From Macrostomum lignano (lineage: Eukaryota), in assembly GCA_002269645.1 (NCBI GenBank), contig NIVC01001204.1:124001-188000 (forward strand): 64,000 nt of DNA, in the 5' to 3' direction. Made by a program: the position numbers and the translations under genes. How positions within the stretch are numbered: the first letter of the stretch is position 1; each line of letters starts with the position of its first letter. The notes under the pieces were generated by a model. The model was not told the DNA's origin and searched no databases. It worked only from the letters and a program-made list of their open reading frames with translations. Positions 28,676 through 40,110 of this stretch are shown here, piece by piece.

Positions 28676-29367
28676 AATCGGTTTTAATCAAACAAAACTG
28701 ACACACCTCGGCAGTCTATACGAACTCTCAACTCCAAGCTTGTGGCTTTCGGGCCTCCTTGGTCGGATCACACCTTCCGAATAGACAGGTGGGAGCGGGG
28801 TGGGGGCGATCCTGACTGCCTGCCGGGGGGGGGGACCTTCCGGAACTTGGCCATTCTTTACGATCAGATCGCTGCTCGAAAAAATATCGGCGGGATTTTT
28901 TTTACGATCTTCGATCTCAAATATCGTATATAAATATCTTATTTTTGTCTCAACGGTTTGTCTCGATGAGCTTTGCGCGCGCGGGTTGTCGGCCGTTTAT
29001 TTATAACAGAGCGCGTTCTTTCAAACACAAAATCGCGCAGGGGATGCACGGCCCATGCACACGAGCGGTCGCGTGGCCTGCAGGGCCTCCCCACTAGCAG
29101 GATAGCAGTAAAACTCTTGGCAGAATTGCCTCAACGGGTCCCGGGGCGCGCACTTCCTTCTCTCGCGTCTCCGACTCCCGCACACCTGTGCAGCCGTTTC
29201 TCGCGCGACATCGCTTCCACGCTGATTTATGACCTCCGAGCTCTGGGACCTGGTTGGGTGGGAAGGGGGGAGGAGACAACAGCCCTTCGGAACCCCTATA
29301 GCTTAAGCCTGCAGACTCGAGTGCGAACACTGAGACACAGCACTGTCTGTTAACTCCCCTTCAAGGT

Positions 29368-30621
29368 GTGCTCGGCCTGTCACCCGCGGTTGTGTCATCG
29401 GCCTTCAAGCCGCCGCAGCTTCTGGCGCCACCACCACCGCCGCCGCTGCTGCAGTCTTCGGCGTCCGCCTGCTGGCCCACCATCGCCGCAATGACCTCCT
29501 CAGGGCAGCAGCAGCAGCAGCTCGCCATGCTGCATCAACTCAGCCGGCAGCTCGGTCTGTCCAGCATCCAGCAGCATCAACTTCATCATCGCGCATTCCC
29601 AACTGATCTCAGCCAGCTGCTGCTGCTCAGCTTCGCCTGCCAGCAGGTCGGAGACAGCGCGCCGCCTCCCCTGCCGCTGCCCTTCCTGCCGCCTCCGCTG
29701 ATGCCCGCTGCCGCCATCTCAGCAGCAGTCGCCGCGGCCGCCTCCTCGCAGTCATCGAGCGCCGCTGCAGCAGCCGAGTTGAAGCCGACGCCGGAGAACA
29801 TCCGCGCCTACCCCGGTCTGTTTGTCGACTTCCAGATGCGAGCGCTGGCCAAGGCTCGAGAGTTGCAGGTCGGCAGCGACAGCCAGCAGCATCAGACGGC
29901 ACAGAAATGCCTGCAGACACCTCCTGCTCACCAGCAGCCGCAGCAGCAGCCGCAGCAATTGCAGCAGACCTCACCTCAGCATTCGACGCTGCCAGCCTCA
30001 GCTTCTGTGTCCGCGGCTTCATCGTCGGCCTCGTCGCCTTCAACGCCTCCAGGCGGCCGGTTCGCCTGCGGCAGGTGCGGCCGGTCCTACACCACCAGCG
30101 CTGGCCTGATGAAGCACCAGGAGGCTGCCAACTGCTCAGACGGAGCCGAGGCCAAGAAGTTCAGCTGCACCCGCTGTCAGAAAGTCTACTACAGCCTGAG
30201 CGCGCTGAAGATGCACATCCGGACGCACACCCTGCCCTGCCAGTGCCGGATCTGCGGCAAAGCCTTCAGCAGGATGTGGCTGCTCAACGGGCACATCCGG
30301 ACTCACACGGGTGAGAAACCGTTCGAGTGCGCCGTCTGCCAGCGGGCCTTCGCCGACAGGTCCAACCTGAGGGCGCACATGCAGACGCACTCGGAGGTGA
30401 AGAAGTACCGCTGCCAGGCCTGCGGCAAGACCTTCAGCCGGATGGGGCTGCTCACCAAGCACCGCGCGGCGGGAGGCTGCGGCAGCGGCAGCAGCCAGAC
30501 TGGGATGGAAGCTGAGGAGGCGGATGAGGATGAGGAATCGGCTGCGATGATGCTGGGCTCCGGGCCGATTCTCGGCTTGGCGACCGCCTCGGCAGCTGCA
30601 TCGAAGATGGAGGTCGAGTAG
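29368..30621 (+). CDS. snail: Snail-family zinc-finger transcriptional repressor with 5 fingers; 5' end uncertain (GTG 29368, first ATG 29491, or an upstream exon spliced at AG|29366)
   Basis: Fingers: [103 protein letters not shown]. The last finger (FSRMxLL) is Snail/Slug-like rather than Scratch-like. Confidence 0.93.
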   Translation: MLGLSPAVVSSAFKPPQLLAPPPPPPLLQSSASACWPTIAAMTSSGQQQQQLAMLHQLSRQLGLSSIQQHQLHHRAFPTDLSQLLLLSFACQQVGDSAPPPLPLPFLPPPLMPAAAISAAVAAAASSQSSSAAAAAELKPTPENIRAYPGLFVDFQMRALAKARELQVGSDSQQHQTAQKCLQTPPAHQQPQQQPQQLQQTSPQHSTLPASASVSAASSSASSPSTPPGGRFACGRCGRSYTTSAGLMKHQEAANCSDGAEAKKFSCTRCQKVYYSLSALKMHIRTHTLPCQCRICGKAFSRMWLLNGHIRTHTGEKPFECAVCQRAFADRSNLRAHMQTHSEVKKYRCQACGKTFSRMGLLTKHRAAGGCGSGSSQTGMEAEEADEDEESAAMMLGSGPILGLATASAAASKMEVE

Positions 30622-30705
30622 ACCCAGACTCCGCCTGGACTTGACCTTTGTTGTACATTTAGGGTTCCAGTGCGCATTCTGGGAAATCTTTTAACTCCAG
30701 TAGCC

Positions 30706-31110
30706 TCCCATCCGCTCCTGATCCGCCCCCCAGTCGCCTCCCATCCGCTCCTAATCCGCCCCCAATCCCCTCCCATCCACTCCTAATCCGCCCCCAGTCG
30801 CCTTTCATCCGCTCCTGATCCGCCCCCCCCCAGTTGACTTCCATCCACTCCTGATCCGCCCCCAGTAGACTTCCATCCGCTCCTGATCCTCCCCCAGTGG
30901 CCATCCATCCGCTCCTGATCCGCCCCCAGTAGCCATCCATCCGCTCCTGATCCGCCCCCAGTAGCCATCCATTCGCTCCTGATCCGCCCCCAGTAGCCAT
31001 TCATCCGCTCCTGATCCGCCCCCACAGTTGACTTCCATCCACTCCTGATCCGCCCCCCAGTTGACTTCCATCCGCTCCTGATCCGCCCCCAGTAGAATTC
31101 CATCCGCTCC
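30706..31110. repeat. About 32-bp minisatellite (CCATCCATCCGCTCCTGATCCGCCCCCAGTAG)n just 3' of the Snail stop
   Basis: About 12 copies. Confidence 0.93.
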
Positions 31111-31643
31111 GAAAGAAGAAAGATTAAATTAACTAAAACCGAAAGAACCCCAATGTGTTTAGAACTAATGCACACATTAGCTCGTAAAAGCTATCATGAT
31201 ACACTACTGAACTGCACATTCCATGGCTGTCCCCGCTAACTTGTTTTTTTCTAGAACGCAACAATTTCATTTCGCTTGCTTTGGAAATTGGGCCGCCAAA
31301 TTTGTCTGCTAAGCTTGTTTTGCCTTTAATCGCCCCTTTTATTGCCATTGTCGGGGTCGGGGTTAACTTTCTAACCACACTACTGCTGACATAGTCGTAG
31401 TAGTATGATTAAAACATGCTACGTATTTCAGTTTGCTTGGTGTGGCTTTATTATGCAGATTTTAGCTGGAAATTTAGCACGATAAATTTAGTTATTCATT
31501 TAGAGCACTTAACTTCTCTGCACATTGCACTCTGTTAACTATGTGTACCACTCATGTGGCAAACGTAATAAATTTCTGGTGAAGGAGTACTTGTACTGCT
31601 ACTAAATCATAACTCGATCTCTTGTTGCATTTCTATTAATTGC

Positions 31644-32052
31644 AAGATTCGGGGGAGGGGCAAGACAGGAGGCAAGATTCGGGGGGGGCAAGATTCGGGG
31701 GGCAAGATTCGGGGGGGGGCAAGATTCGGGGGGCAAGATTCGGTGGGCAAGATTCATGGGGGGGCAAGATTCAGGGGGGCAAGATTCGGGGGGCAAGATT
31801 CGGGGGGGCAATATTCAGGGGGGGCAAGATTCGGGGGGGCAAGATTCAGGGGGGGCAAGATTCAGGGGGGGCAAGATTCTGGGGGGGCAAGATTCTGGGG
31901 GGGCAAGATTCGGGGGCAAGATTCGGGGGGCAAGATTCGGGGGGGGGCAAGATTCGGGGGGCAAGATTCGGGGGCAAGATTCGGGGGGCAAGATTCGGGG
32001 GCAAGATTCTGGGGGGGGCAAAATTCTGGGGGGGGCAAGATTCGGGGGGGCA
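31644..32052. repeat. G-rich 12-15-bp minisatellite (GGGGG[G]CAAGATTC)n
   Basis: About 29 copies with variable G-run length. Confidence 0.95.
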
Positions 32053-32418
32053 ATTATTTAGCCATAAAATGAGATCCAATATAACAGCGTTTGTGTACTC
32101 GTAAACTGCAAAACTGCAGCCAGATGATAAATAAAGTTTTACTGAAAAATGTGGGACTTCTAGCAGACTTGGCACTCCCAGCTTCTGACTCTGCAGGGCC
32201 TCCTCGACCAAGAAGTCTTGGAAAAGACAATGGATGCCGGAGCAAGGGAAGGGAGCGCTGGAAGCCCCACTGCTACATTTTTGGAGTCTTGGGAAGTTGC
32301 TAGTTAGAGAAGGGTGGCAGTGATGCACGCAGAGGGAGGTCGCGGCCAACTCCCCAACTCCAAAACTAAATGAAGAAGCAACCAAGCATGACGAAAGACA
32401 GGAGCTCAACTTTTAGAC

Positions 32419-33098
32419 GTGGCGCCCACCAAGAGACAGGGGCGCCCACCAAGAGACAGGGGCGCCCACCAAGAGACAGGGGCGCCCACCAACAGACAGG
32501 AGGCGCCCACAAAGAGACAGGGGCGCCCACCAAAAGACAGGGGGCGCCCAAAAAGAGACAGGGGGCGCCAACCAAGAGACAGGGGGCGCCCACCAAAGAG
32601 ACAGGGGCGCCCACCAAGAGACAGGGAGCGCCCAAAAAGAGACAGGGGGCGCCCACCAAGAGACAGGGGGCGCCAACCAAGAGACAGGGGCGCCTACCAA
32701 AGAGACAGGGGCGCCCACCAAGAGACAGGAGGCGCCCATCAAGAGACAGGGGCGCCCACCAAAGAGACAGGGGCGCCCACCAAAAGACAGGGGGCGCCCA
32801 AAAAGAGACAGGGGCGCCCACCAAGAGACAGGAGGCGCCCACCAAAGAGACAGGAGGCGCCCACCAAAGAGACAGGGGCGCCCACCAAGAGACAGGAGGC
32901 GCCCACCAAAGAGACAGGGGCGCCCACCAAAAGACAGGGGGCGCCCACCAAGAGACAGGGGGCGCCCACCAAGAGACAGGGGGCGCCCACCAAGAGACAG
33001 GGGCGCCCACCAAGAGACGGGTGCCCACCAAGAGACAGGGGGCGCCCACCAAGAGACAGAGGCGCCCACCAAGAGACAGGGGCGCCCACCAAGAGACA
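32419..33098. repeat. 20-22-bp minisatellite (GGCGCCCACCAAGAGACAGG[G])n
   Basis: About 32 copies. Confidence 0.95.
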
Positions 33099-33932
33099 GT
33101 TCTTTCCTCAGCTTTCATGTCACGGATGTTTCGCTGTTTCGTGCATCAGGTACGAAGCTTTGGTCTATGGCAATTTGTAGAAGTAGCGCAGGGAGTGGGT
33201 CAGGAAAGTTTTCATATCTCAAGAATGCCAGCAGATACAAAAATAAATAGAAATTCCTTTTAACGGTCAGAAAATTATCTTTTCAACTGCAACAGACTAA
33301 ATATTTCTGATCGGTCAGAAAAGGTTGTATTGAAGAAATTGCACCGACTTCTGGGACACTCCTTTTAGAAGCATCAGTTGGGACAGTTTAAGAAATATAT
33401 TTCTATATCTGTAGACTTTATTTGCGGGTATCAAAAAATATAACTAAGAGAAGCCGTTTCGTATAGGAATAAACGAGTTTGCTACCCCAGACTCTAGTTG
33501 AAGTTCTCCTTGGGCTTCCATTGTCATACAATAGTTGGAGTTATGAGAGTTTGGACACGCAGATAGTTGCTGAGAAGATGGGCCCACTGCTCAAGAACTT
33601 CTAAGTCATTTGGTCTCAAAACCAGCGCTACTTCGCTTCCTTCTTGGAGAAAAAGACAAAAAGTCAAAATGCATTCAAGAATACAAAGCTTTGTTTTGCA
33701 GCTCCAGGCAATTGAATAGACTTGCTCAGCCTCCTTCAGTCGCCTTGCTTGCTGTCTGGCGGCTGCGCGAAAGCTTTTCCCAGGTCAGAAAGTCTTTCGA
33801 CTGTTTTTCGATCGATTGAGTCTTGAGTCCTTGACTATGGGAAGAGCGGGATGGGAAACCATGGCAACACAGGAGTCAGCCTTGGGAGGCAGTTAAGAAA
33901 AAACCAAACCAAACTGGTTTTGAGTCCATAGT

Positions 33933-33941
33933 GTATAAATA
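33933..33941 (+). promoter_or_regulatory. Putative TATA box of PAN-FReD paralog 1
   Basis: GTATAAATA lies about 110 nt upstream of ATG 34048. CATAAATA occurs at similar distances before paralog 2 (about 41665) and paralog 3 (about 50143). Confidence 0.5.
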
Positions 33942-34047
33942 GAAACTTGGAAGCTACTCAGTTGAGGCGCTACTCAAAACCTCCAGTAGACTCTCTTGAA
34001 AACTGAAATTTGCAAAAAAGTTTAAAATTTTACAAACTCTCTCTGAA

Positions 34048-36237
34048 ATGATATTAAAGTTTGTCATCCACTGCATTCTGGTCGGTGCCGCCATGGCCCA
34101 GGCTTTGGATGGTGCAGGTAAGACATTAGATTAAATTTTCTAGACATTTCATCTTTAGCCATAACATCACTGCAAGTTCTCAAATTTTTGCAGAGTACTC
34201 GACTGACCCTGTGGAGTCGCTGAACTCCACAGCTCCGATTACATCAGCTGGTGGCAGCAGCGACATTCACTGCACTGTGCAGTGCTCGGCCGCTGGAGCC
34301 GCCGTCTGCGCTGCCACCGCCTACGTGGAAGAGACTCGGATGTGCCTGTTCTCAGGCGTGAGCAATGCGGACTTCTCTGCTGCTGCTCCGCGTAGCATCG
34401 TCTTCCGAAGGGTAAAAGGTGCGTTGTAAAGATTACGAAGCTTATGCTTAAGGAGTTTAGCTGGTTAGCAAAGGGACTTCCATATCTATGTCCAGCGATA
34501 TCTCTGAGTGCACACGAAGCTTCGGGAGGCACCTTCTTTCACGCAAGGTGTACATTTGCCCTGAATTTCTTGTCTCATAGGCAGTGTACACACTAGTTGC
34601 CTTGAAGGTTAATTTCTGCACCCAAACCTCAAATTGTTCACATTAGGTATTTGAAAACTTGGATGTCTCAGTAACTTTTCATCACCGGTTTTCTGCCAGG
34701 TCCCGAGCCAGATTTTGGATACTACGTGATGCTGAGTAGGACTCGTACGAACGTGAACATGAGCTTTGCTAGAAACTGGACAGAGTACGAAAACGGATTC
34801 GGCGATGGACTCGACGTGTGGCTTGGTGAGCATTCTCTGACGGCGCTACCAAAGCGTTTTTGTGCTTAAGTAATGGTCGAACAAAATGAATATTTTCACT
34901 CATTTTATTCGATTTTCGGTTGTCTTCGATGGGTTAGCCATACCAAGAAGCAATTCCTCTATGATAGATGGGTTCCTGATTGATAAAATAGATTCATAAA
35001 ACTACGAGTAATGTGCCGAGCCGTGCCACTTTAATACTCGTAAAATAGAAAAAACTCTACCTTTCTGTTTCCAATTTTGTTTTTACTTCGCCCAATTTGG
35101 TATTCTGCATAGATTCCAGCAGAGTTCATATTCACCATAGACTAGCCACTGAAATCGCCAGGAAATATAAACTAGTTCACGAACATCAAACTCCAAACAT
35201 CCAGTTACGCATGCATTCACTGTCCTAGCTCTTCTTTCTGTTCACCAGGCTGATTTCAGCGTACAGTCCCCTCTGCGCCATTCTTTACTTAAGCCATGTC
35301 TTCGATGTTCTGTGGCCCAAATTTCTCGCAGTTGAAAACCAAATTGATTTCTGTTGTCTATGGCTTGTCTGTATAAACTATCTGCCACGTCTCAGACTGT
35401 TGACGGCCACTCACCAAATTAACAGTAGAAATACCGTGGGGGGCGGGGATCTGATATTTTTTTAAATTTTTTTTGACGTACAGAGCAATGTAGGCACACG
35501 AAATTCAACAACGCGAGCTAACATTTTGTTGCGCACCTTCTCAAGCGAAAATCAAGATATTCTACAAATCTGCCAGAAGGTCGGATTTTTCCTTAAGCGC
35601 CAGTGTATTCATGACACCCCTGTGAGCACATCAGCACTGCGCTTCAGTACGGCATTGCTAAGTCCCCGGAATCTCTCTCCCCCCCCCCTGGTAGTACGAC
35701 GGGTGGAAAAATGGCTTGGTATTCCTACTTTTAAATGAAAGAAAAAACCAAAGAAGGACGCAAAAAGGTAAATGTTCACATGAAATGACTATTTAAAGCA
35801 ATTGCTATTTTGTTTTAGGACTTCGGAGAATTCATGAACTGACTGAAAACACGCCCAGGAAACTGCGAGTAGAAGCTGTCTTCACATCCGGTGTTCTCCA
35901 CGTATACGAGTACTCCGGATTCTCCGTGGGCAACGCCAGCACAAACTACCAAATGACTTTCAATTCATTTTTGTCGGCGAGCTCCAACTCATCCTATGAT
36001 GCCATGACGCACCACAAGGGAATGCAGTTCTCAACATTTGATAGGGATAACGATATGTTAGCATCCTCTTCATGTTCGCAGTCCAGCGGTAATGTCGGCT
36101 GGTGGTTTAAAAGCTGTTACTATACTCTTCCCACGGGAAAAATGTCCACATCTAATACTGGTGACTACGTTTACATTTACTGGTACGACGAATTCACTTG
36201 CAACCACATTAAAATGTTATTGCTAGACCTAGACTAG
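34048..36237 (+). CDS. Secreted PAN/apple + fibrinogen-related domain protein, paralog 1 (279 aa)
   Basis: Exons 34048-34117 (signal peptide MILKFVIHCILVGAAMAQA), 34194-34418 (4-Cys PAN-like: HCTVQC..VC..MCLFS), 34700-34825 (FARNWTEYENGFGDGLDVWLG) and 35819-36237 (LRVE..YSGFSVGNASTNY..HKGMQFSTFDRDND..C..GWWFKSC). All introns are phase 1 GT-AG; total 840 nt. Confidence 0.9.
35423..35730. mobile_element. MITE with CAGTAG-type termini flanked by TTAA, in intron 3 of paralog 1
   Basis: TTAA|CAGTAGAAATACC...GGTATTCCTACTT|TTAA. The interior is homologous to the outer arms of the 51.1-53.6 kb foldback. Confidence 0.8.
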
Positions 36238-36904
36238 GGCGAACACGCTGGAGTCCAAACATCAAATCACACTACTGGTGTACAAGGCAACAAAGAATAT
36301 GAACAAGCCTTGAAATCACTTAAAAGATTCAAAATTATTTTGATTTCAAGGCGATGTTAACGCTTACACGAAGGTACAGGGCGCGGAGTAAATAAAAATT
36401 AGTAATTCTGGCTGACAATTACCGCAAAGAAATAGTGGATTAAATTACAGCAACATTTAGGTAATGCAAACTGGGATATTTTGGCAAAGTTTACAAAAAA
36501 CCTTAGAAAGTTGAATTGCAGAATTTTTTGTTGTTGTTTCTTATCCGCTGAAACAGTATAAACTGCTATTAAAATTAAGAAAGTAGAATTATACGAGCAG
36601 ATTTAGTTACTGGCCCAAGTTCGATCGGAGTCGATAAAATTCATCAGTGCGTGTTCGAACTCTGGTAAACAGTACGAGAATTTCAAGCAGGAAGTTTTCC
36701 CGCCGAAGTTTGCTCGCAGGGTTTTTACAATCGGAATTTCAAGTCAAATCCAGTCTAAAGACAATGTTGGACTAGATTAGAACTAGCCTAGCCTAGACTA
36801 GATTTGACTAGACTAGGCATAAAGTAGACTAGATTAAAACTAGACTAGATTTCAAATCCGATTGGATTTGACTTGAAATTCCGACAGGAAAAACTCTGCG
36901 GAAA

Positions 36905-37805
36905 TTCTCGCTGTGGGAAAACCTCGCTGTGGGAAAACCTCGCTGCGGGAAAACCTCGCTGCGGGAAAACCTCGCTGTGGGAAAACCTCGCTGCGGGAAA
37001 ACCTCGCTGCGGGAAAACCTCGCTGCGGGAAAACCTCGCTGTGGGAAAACCTCGCTGTGGGAAAACCTCGCTGTGGGAAAACCTCGCTGTGGGAAAACCT
37101 CGCTGTGGGAAAACTTCGCTGCGGGAAAACCTCGCTGCGGGAAAACCTCGCTGCGGGAAAACCTCGCTGCGGGAAAACTTCGCTGCGGGAAAACCTCGCT
37201 GCGGGAAAACCTCGCTGCGGGAAAACCTCGCTGCGGGAAAACCTCGCTGTGGGAAAACCTCGCTGTGGGAAAACCTCGCTGTGGGAAAACCTCGCTGTGG
37301 GAAAACCTCGCTGTGGGAAAACCTCGCTGTGGGAAAACTTCGCTGCGGGAAAACCTCGCTGCGGGAAAACCTCGCTGCGGGAAAACCTCGCTGCGGGAAA
37401 ACTTCGCTGCGGGAAAACCTCGCTGCGGGAAAACCTCGCTGCGGGAAAACCTCGCTGCGGGAAAACCTCGCTGCGGGAAAACCTTGCTGCGGGAAAACCT
37501 CGCTGCGGGAAAACCTCGCTGCGGGAAAACCTCGCTGCGGGAAAACCTCGCTGCGAGAAAACCTCGCTGCGGGAAAACCTCGCTGCGGGAAAACCTCGCT
37601 GCGGGAAAACCTCGCTGCGGGAAAACCTCGCTGCAGGAAAACCTCGCTGCGGGAAAACCTCGCTGCGGGAAAACCTCGCTGCGGGAAAACCTCGCTGCGG
37701 GAAAACCTCGCTGCGGGAAAACCTCGCTGCGGGAAAACCTCGCTGCGGGAAAACCTCGCTGCAGGAAAACCTCGCTGCGGGAAAACCTCGCTGCGGGAAA
37801 ACCTC
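36905..37805. repeat. 16-bp minisatellite (GGGAAAACCTCGCTGC)n, about 56 copies
   Basis: Highly homogeneous array in the right arm of an inverted repeat (36676-36751 vs 36864-37820). Confidence 0.97.
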
Positions 37806-39404
37806 CTGTTGGAAAGTCTCATCGACCCTTTTTTACATGTAATTCAAGAGAACATTTTTTCTGCACCCAAAAACAAAACTCAAACGAAAACAAAATGTCG
37901 AAATATGAATATGAACGAAGACTTCATATTTCGTTTGTGAAAATGTGTCTGCACCAAATTTTCTGACTTTGATAGCTTCTGGCCTTTACCTAGGCGGAGC
38001 TTCTGATCACCTTTAACCTTTTGAAGCTTCAGTATCGATGCTTGATCAGCAACATTAGGCATCTGGTGTCGAACCCCAAATTGTGTGTCCTTGAAATTTG
38101 TGTGCCTAACTTGTTGCAGCAAGAAAATAACTATAATTCTGTTTCACCCAGCTCTGTCCTTGCGACCGAATATCTTTTTCGATTTTGAAATATCGCAGTC
38201 CAACTCAGTGCTAATCAATGATGTAATATCACAACCGTTAGAGTTTCTTTAATCTTTGTTTTCTGGAAGTTTTGATAACAAGAATTTTGATGCTAAGCAA
38301 AATGTTTTACAACTGAAATGAATAATTGGAAAGAGCTTAAGAACTAGAAATCAAGAAAACAAAGCAAATATATGATTCCTTTTCAAAGTTGTACCTTATG
38401 TGTCTTTTTGTACTCTCTATTCTACAGGCCATTTCACTGTAGTTCTGAAAAAAATAATTCTGCTAGATTTAACAATTAACATGTTTGTTTTAATTAAAGA
38501 CAAACTGTAGTTCTGAATTTTTAACAGTTAATAATTGTTCTTTGAACAATAATATTTATATGCGACAAAAATACCGTTACTTTTTGCGTGTAACTTCTTT
38601 TATAATACGGTGTTTAACTGCAATCCCTGCCAATCAGAGTCCATTGTCTATCTTAAAATCGAGAATCTCGACTTTGTTTTTATGCTTTTTTCCTGAAAAG
38701 TACTTTCTATTTAACCAGTTACGAAAAAATTGTTTTTTAAAGAAATATTCTGTACTAAGTTGTACGCCTCTATTCAAAATTTTGTATATTATAAATCTTT
38801 ATATATGTGTAGCACTACTTTATTACGTCAATATTGGCACAAAATCTGATGTATCTTTCTACTTATTGTTACTATTAACCAAACAAAATGCTTTTTAAAC
38901 AAACGGCTTTAATCTCACTATCGTTAATTTTTAAAGTCTTTGAAAGCTTCGTTAATTTGTTCTCTGGCTTTGTTTTGTATTTACCCACACTGAGTTTGTA
39001 CACATTTATTTCATATGGCGGCTACAGCGTGTAGCCAAATGTACTCATATTTCCTGACATACATGTGAATAATGTTTCTGGAGCCTCTGGAGCCTGTTTC
39101 TGGATTAGTGAGCTCGAGGGCAAGGGACCATTTTTTTCAAAGTCAGGAGCCACGAAGCGCGGAATCCCAGCAGTCGTGTCGATTCAGTAGTTTATTCCGC
39201 TTGAGATGGGAGCTCAAATACTACCCTATATGAGAGAAATTATCTCCAAAGAGAAAAGTTTTCAGCATCCCCTGCAAGTCTGTTTTGCCTCCCAGGCCTC
39301 AGGCTCTAAAAACACTGCTCAAGCCGTTTCATTTGCTGTGGATAGATACAAAAACTTGTGGGTAAAACTAAACCACGCATTAATTACTGCCCATACTGCC
39401 CATT

Positions 39405-39830
39405 CAATGCCTGCAGTGACCAATGCATGCAGTGACCAATGCCTGCAGTGACCAATGCATGCAGTGACCAATGCCTGCAGTGACCAATGCCTGCAGTGAC
39501 CAATGCATGCAGTGACCAATGCCTGCAGTGACCAATGCCTGCAGTGACCAATGCCTGCAGTGACCAATGCATGCAGTGACCAATGCCTGCAGTGACCAAT
39601 GCCTGCAGTGACCAATGCCTGCAGTGACCAATGCCTGCAGTGACCAATGCATGCAGTGACCAATGCCTGCAGTGACCAATGCCTGCAGTGACCAATGCAT
39701 GCAGTGACCAATGCCTGCAGTGACCAATGCCTGCAGTGACCAATGCCTGCAGTGACCAATGCCTGCAGTGACCAATGCCTGCAGTGATCATTGCCCCTGG
39801 AGTAAACAATGCCTGAAGTGATCATTGCCG
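39405..39830. repeat. 16-bp minisatellite (TGCCTGCAGTGACCAA)n
   Basis: About 24 copies of two variants (CCTG/ATG). Confidence 0.96.
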
Positions 39831-40025
39831 ATTGATTTTCCAGTAATCAGACAGCTTCATGCGATAGCCAAAAGCTTAAAAACAAAGTACGCCGTCTGGT
39901 TTTTTTAAAACAGCGTTACAGGGCGCGTTTCTGGGTTTGGGGCGAACGTTGGCCGTGGGTGTTCACCTGTGCTGGAGGTGCTGCTGCCAACGATGCACTG
40001 AACAACAGTATATGAACCAGTAGGC

Positions 40026-40110
40026 CAGGGGTCGGCAAACTCCGGCCAGGGGGGTCACATGCAGCCTGAAAAGCTTCTCTCTCCAGCCCTCGGATCTTTT
40101 GAAACTTCAA
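40026..40110 (+). mobile_element. Possible hAT-type terminus (CAGGGGTCGGCAAACT...), single end only
   Basis: Resembles the CAGGGGT-type termini of hAT MITEs. No matching opposite TIR was found. Confidence 0.35.

Noticed and set aside
29586-30776. Antisense and alternative-frame ORFs over Snail, and likewise over DUF229, DHHC and the LINE
   Set aside because: These are expected shadows of GC-rich coding sequence with no independent homology.
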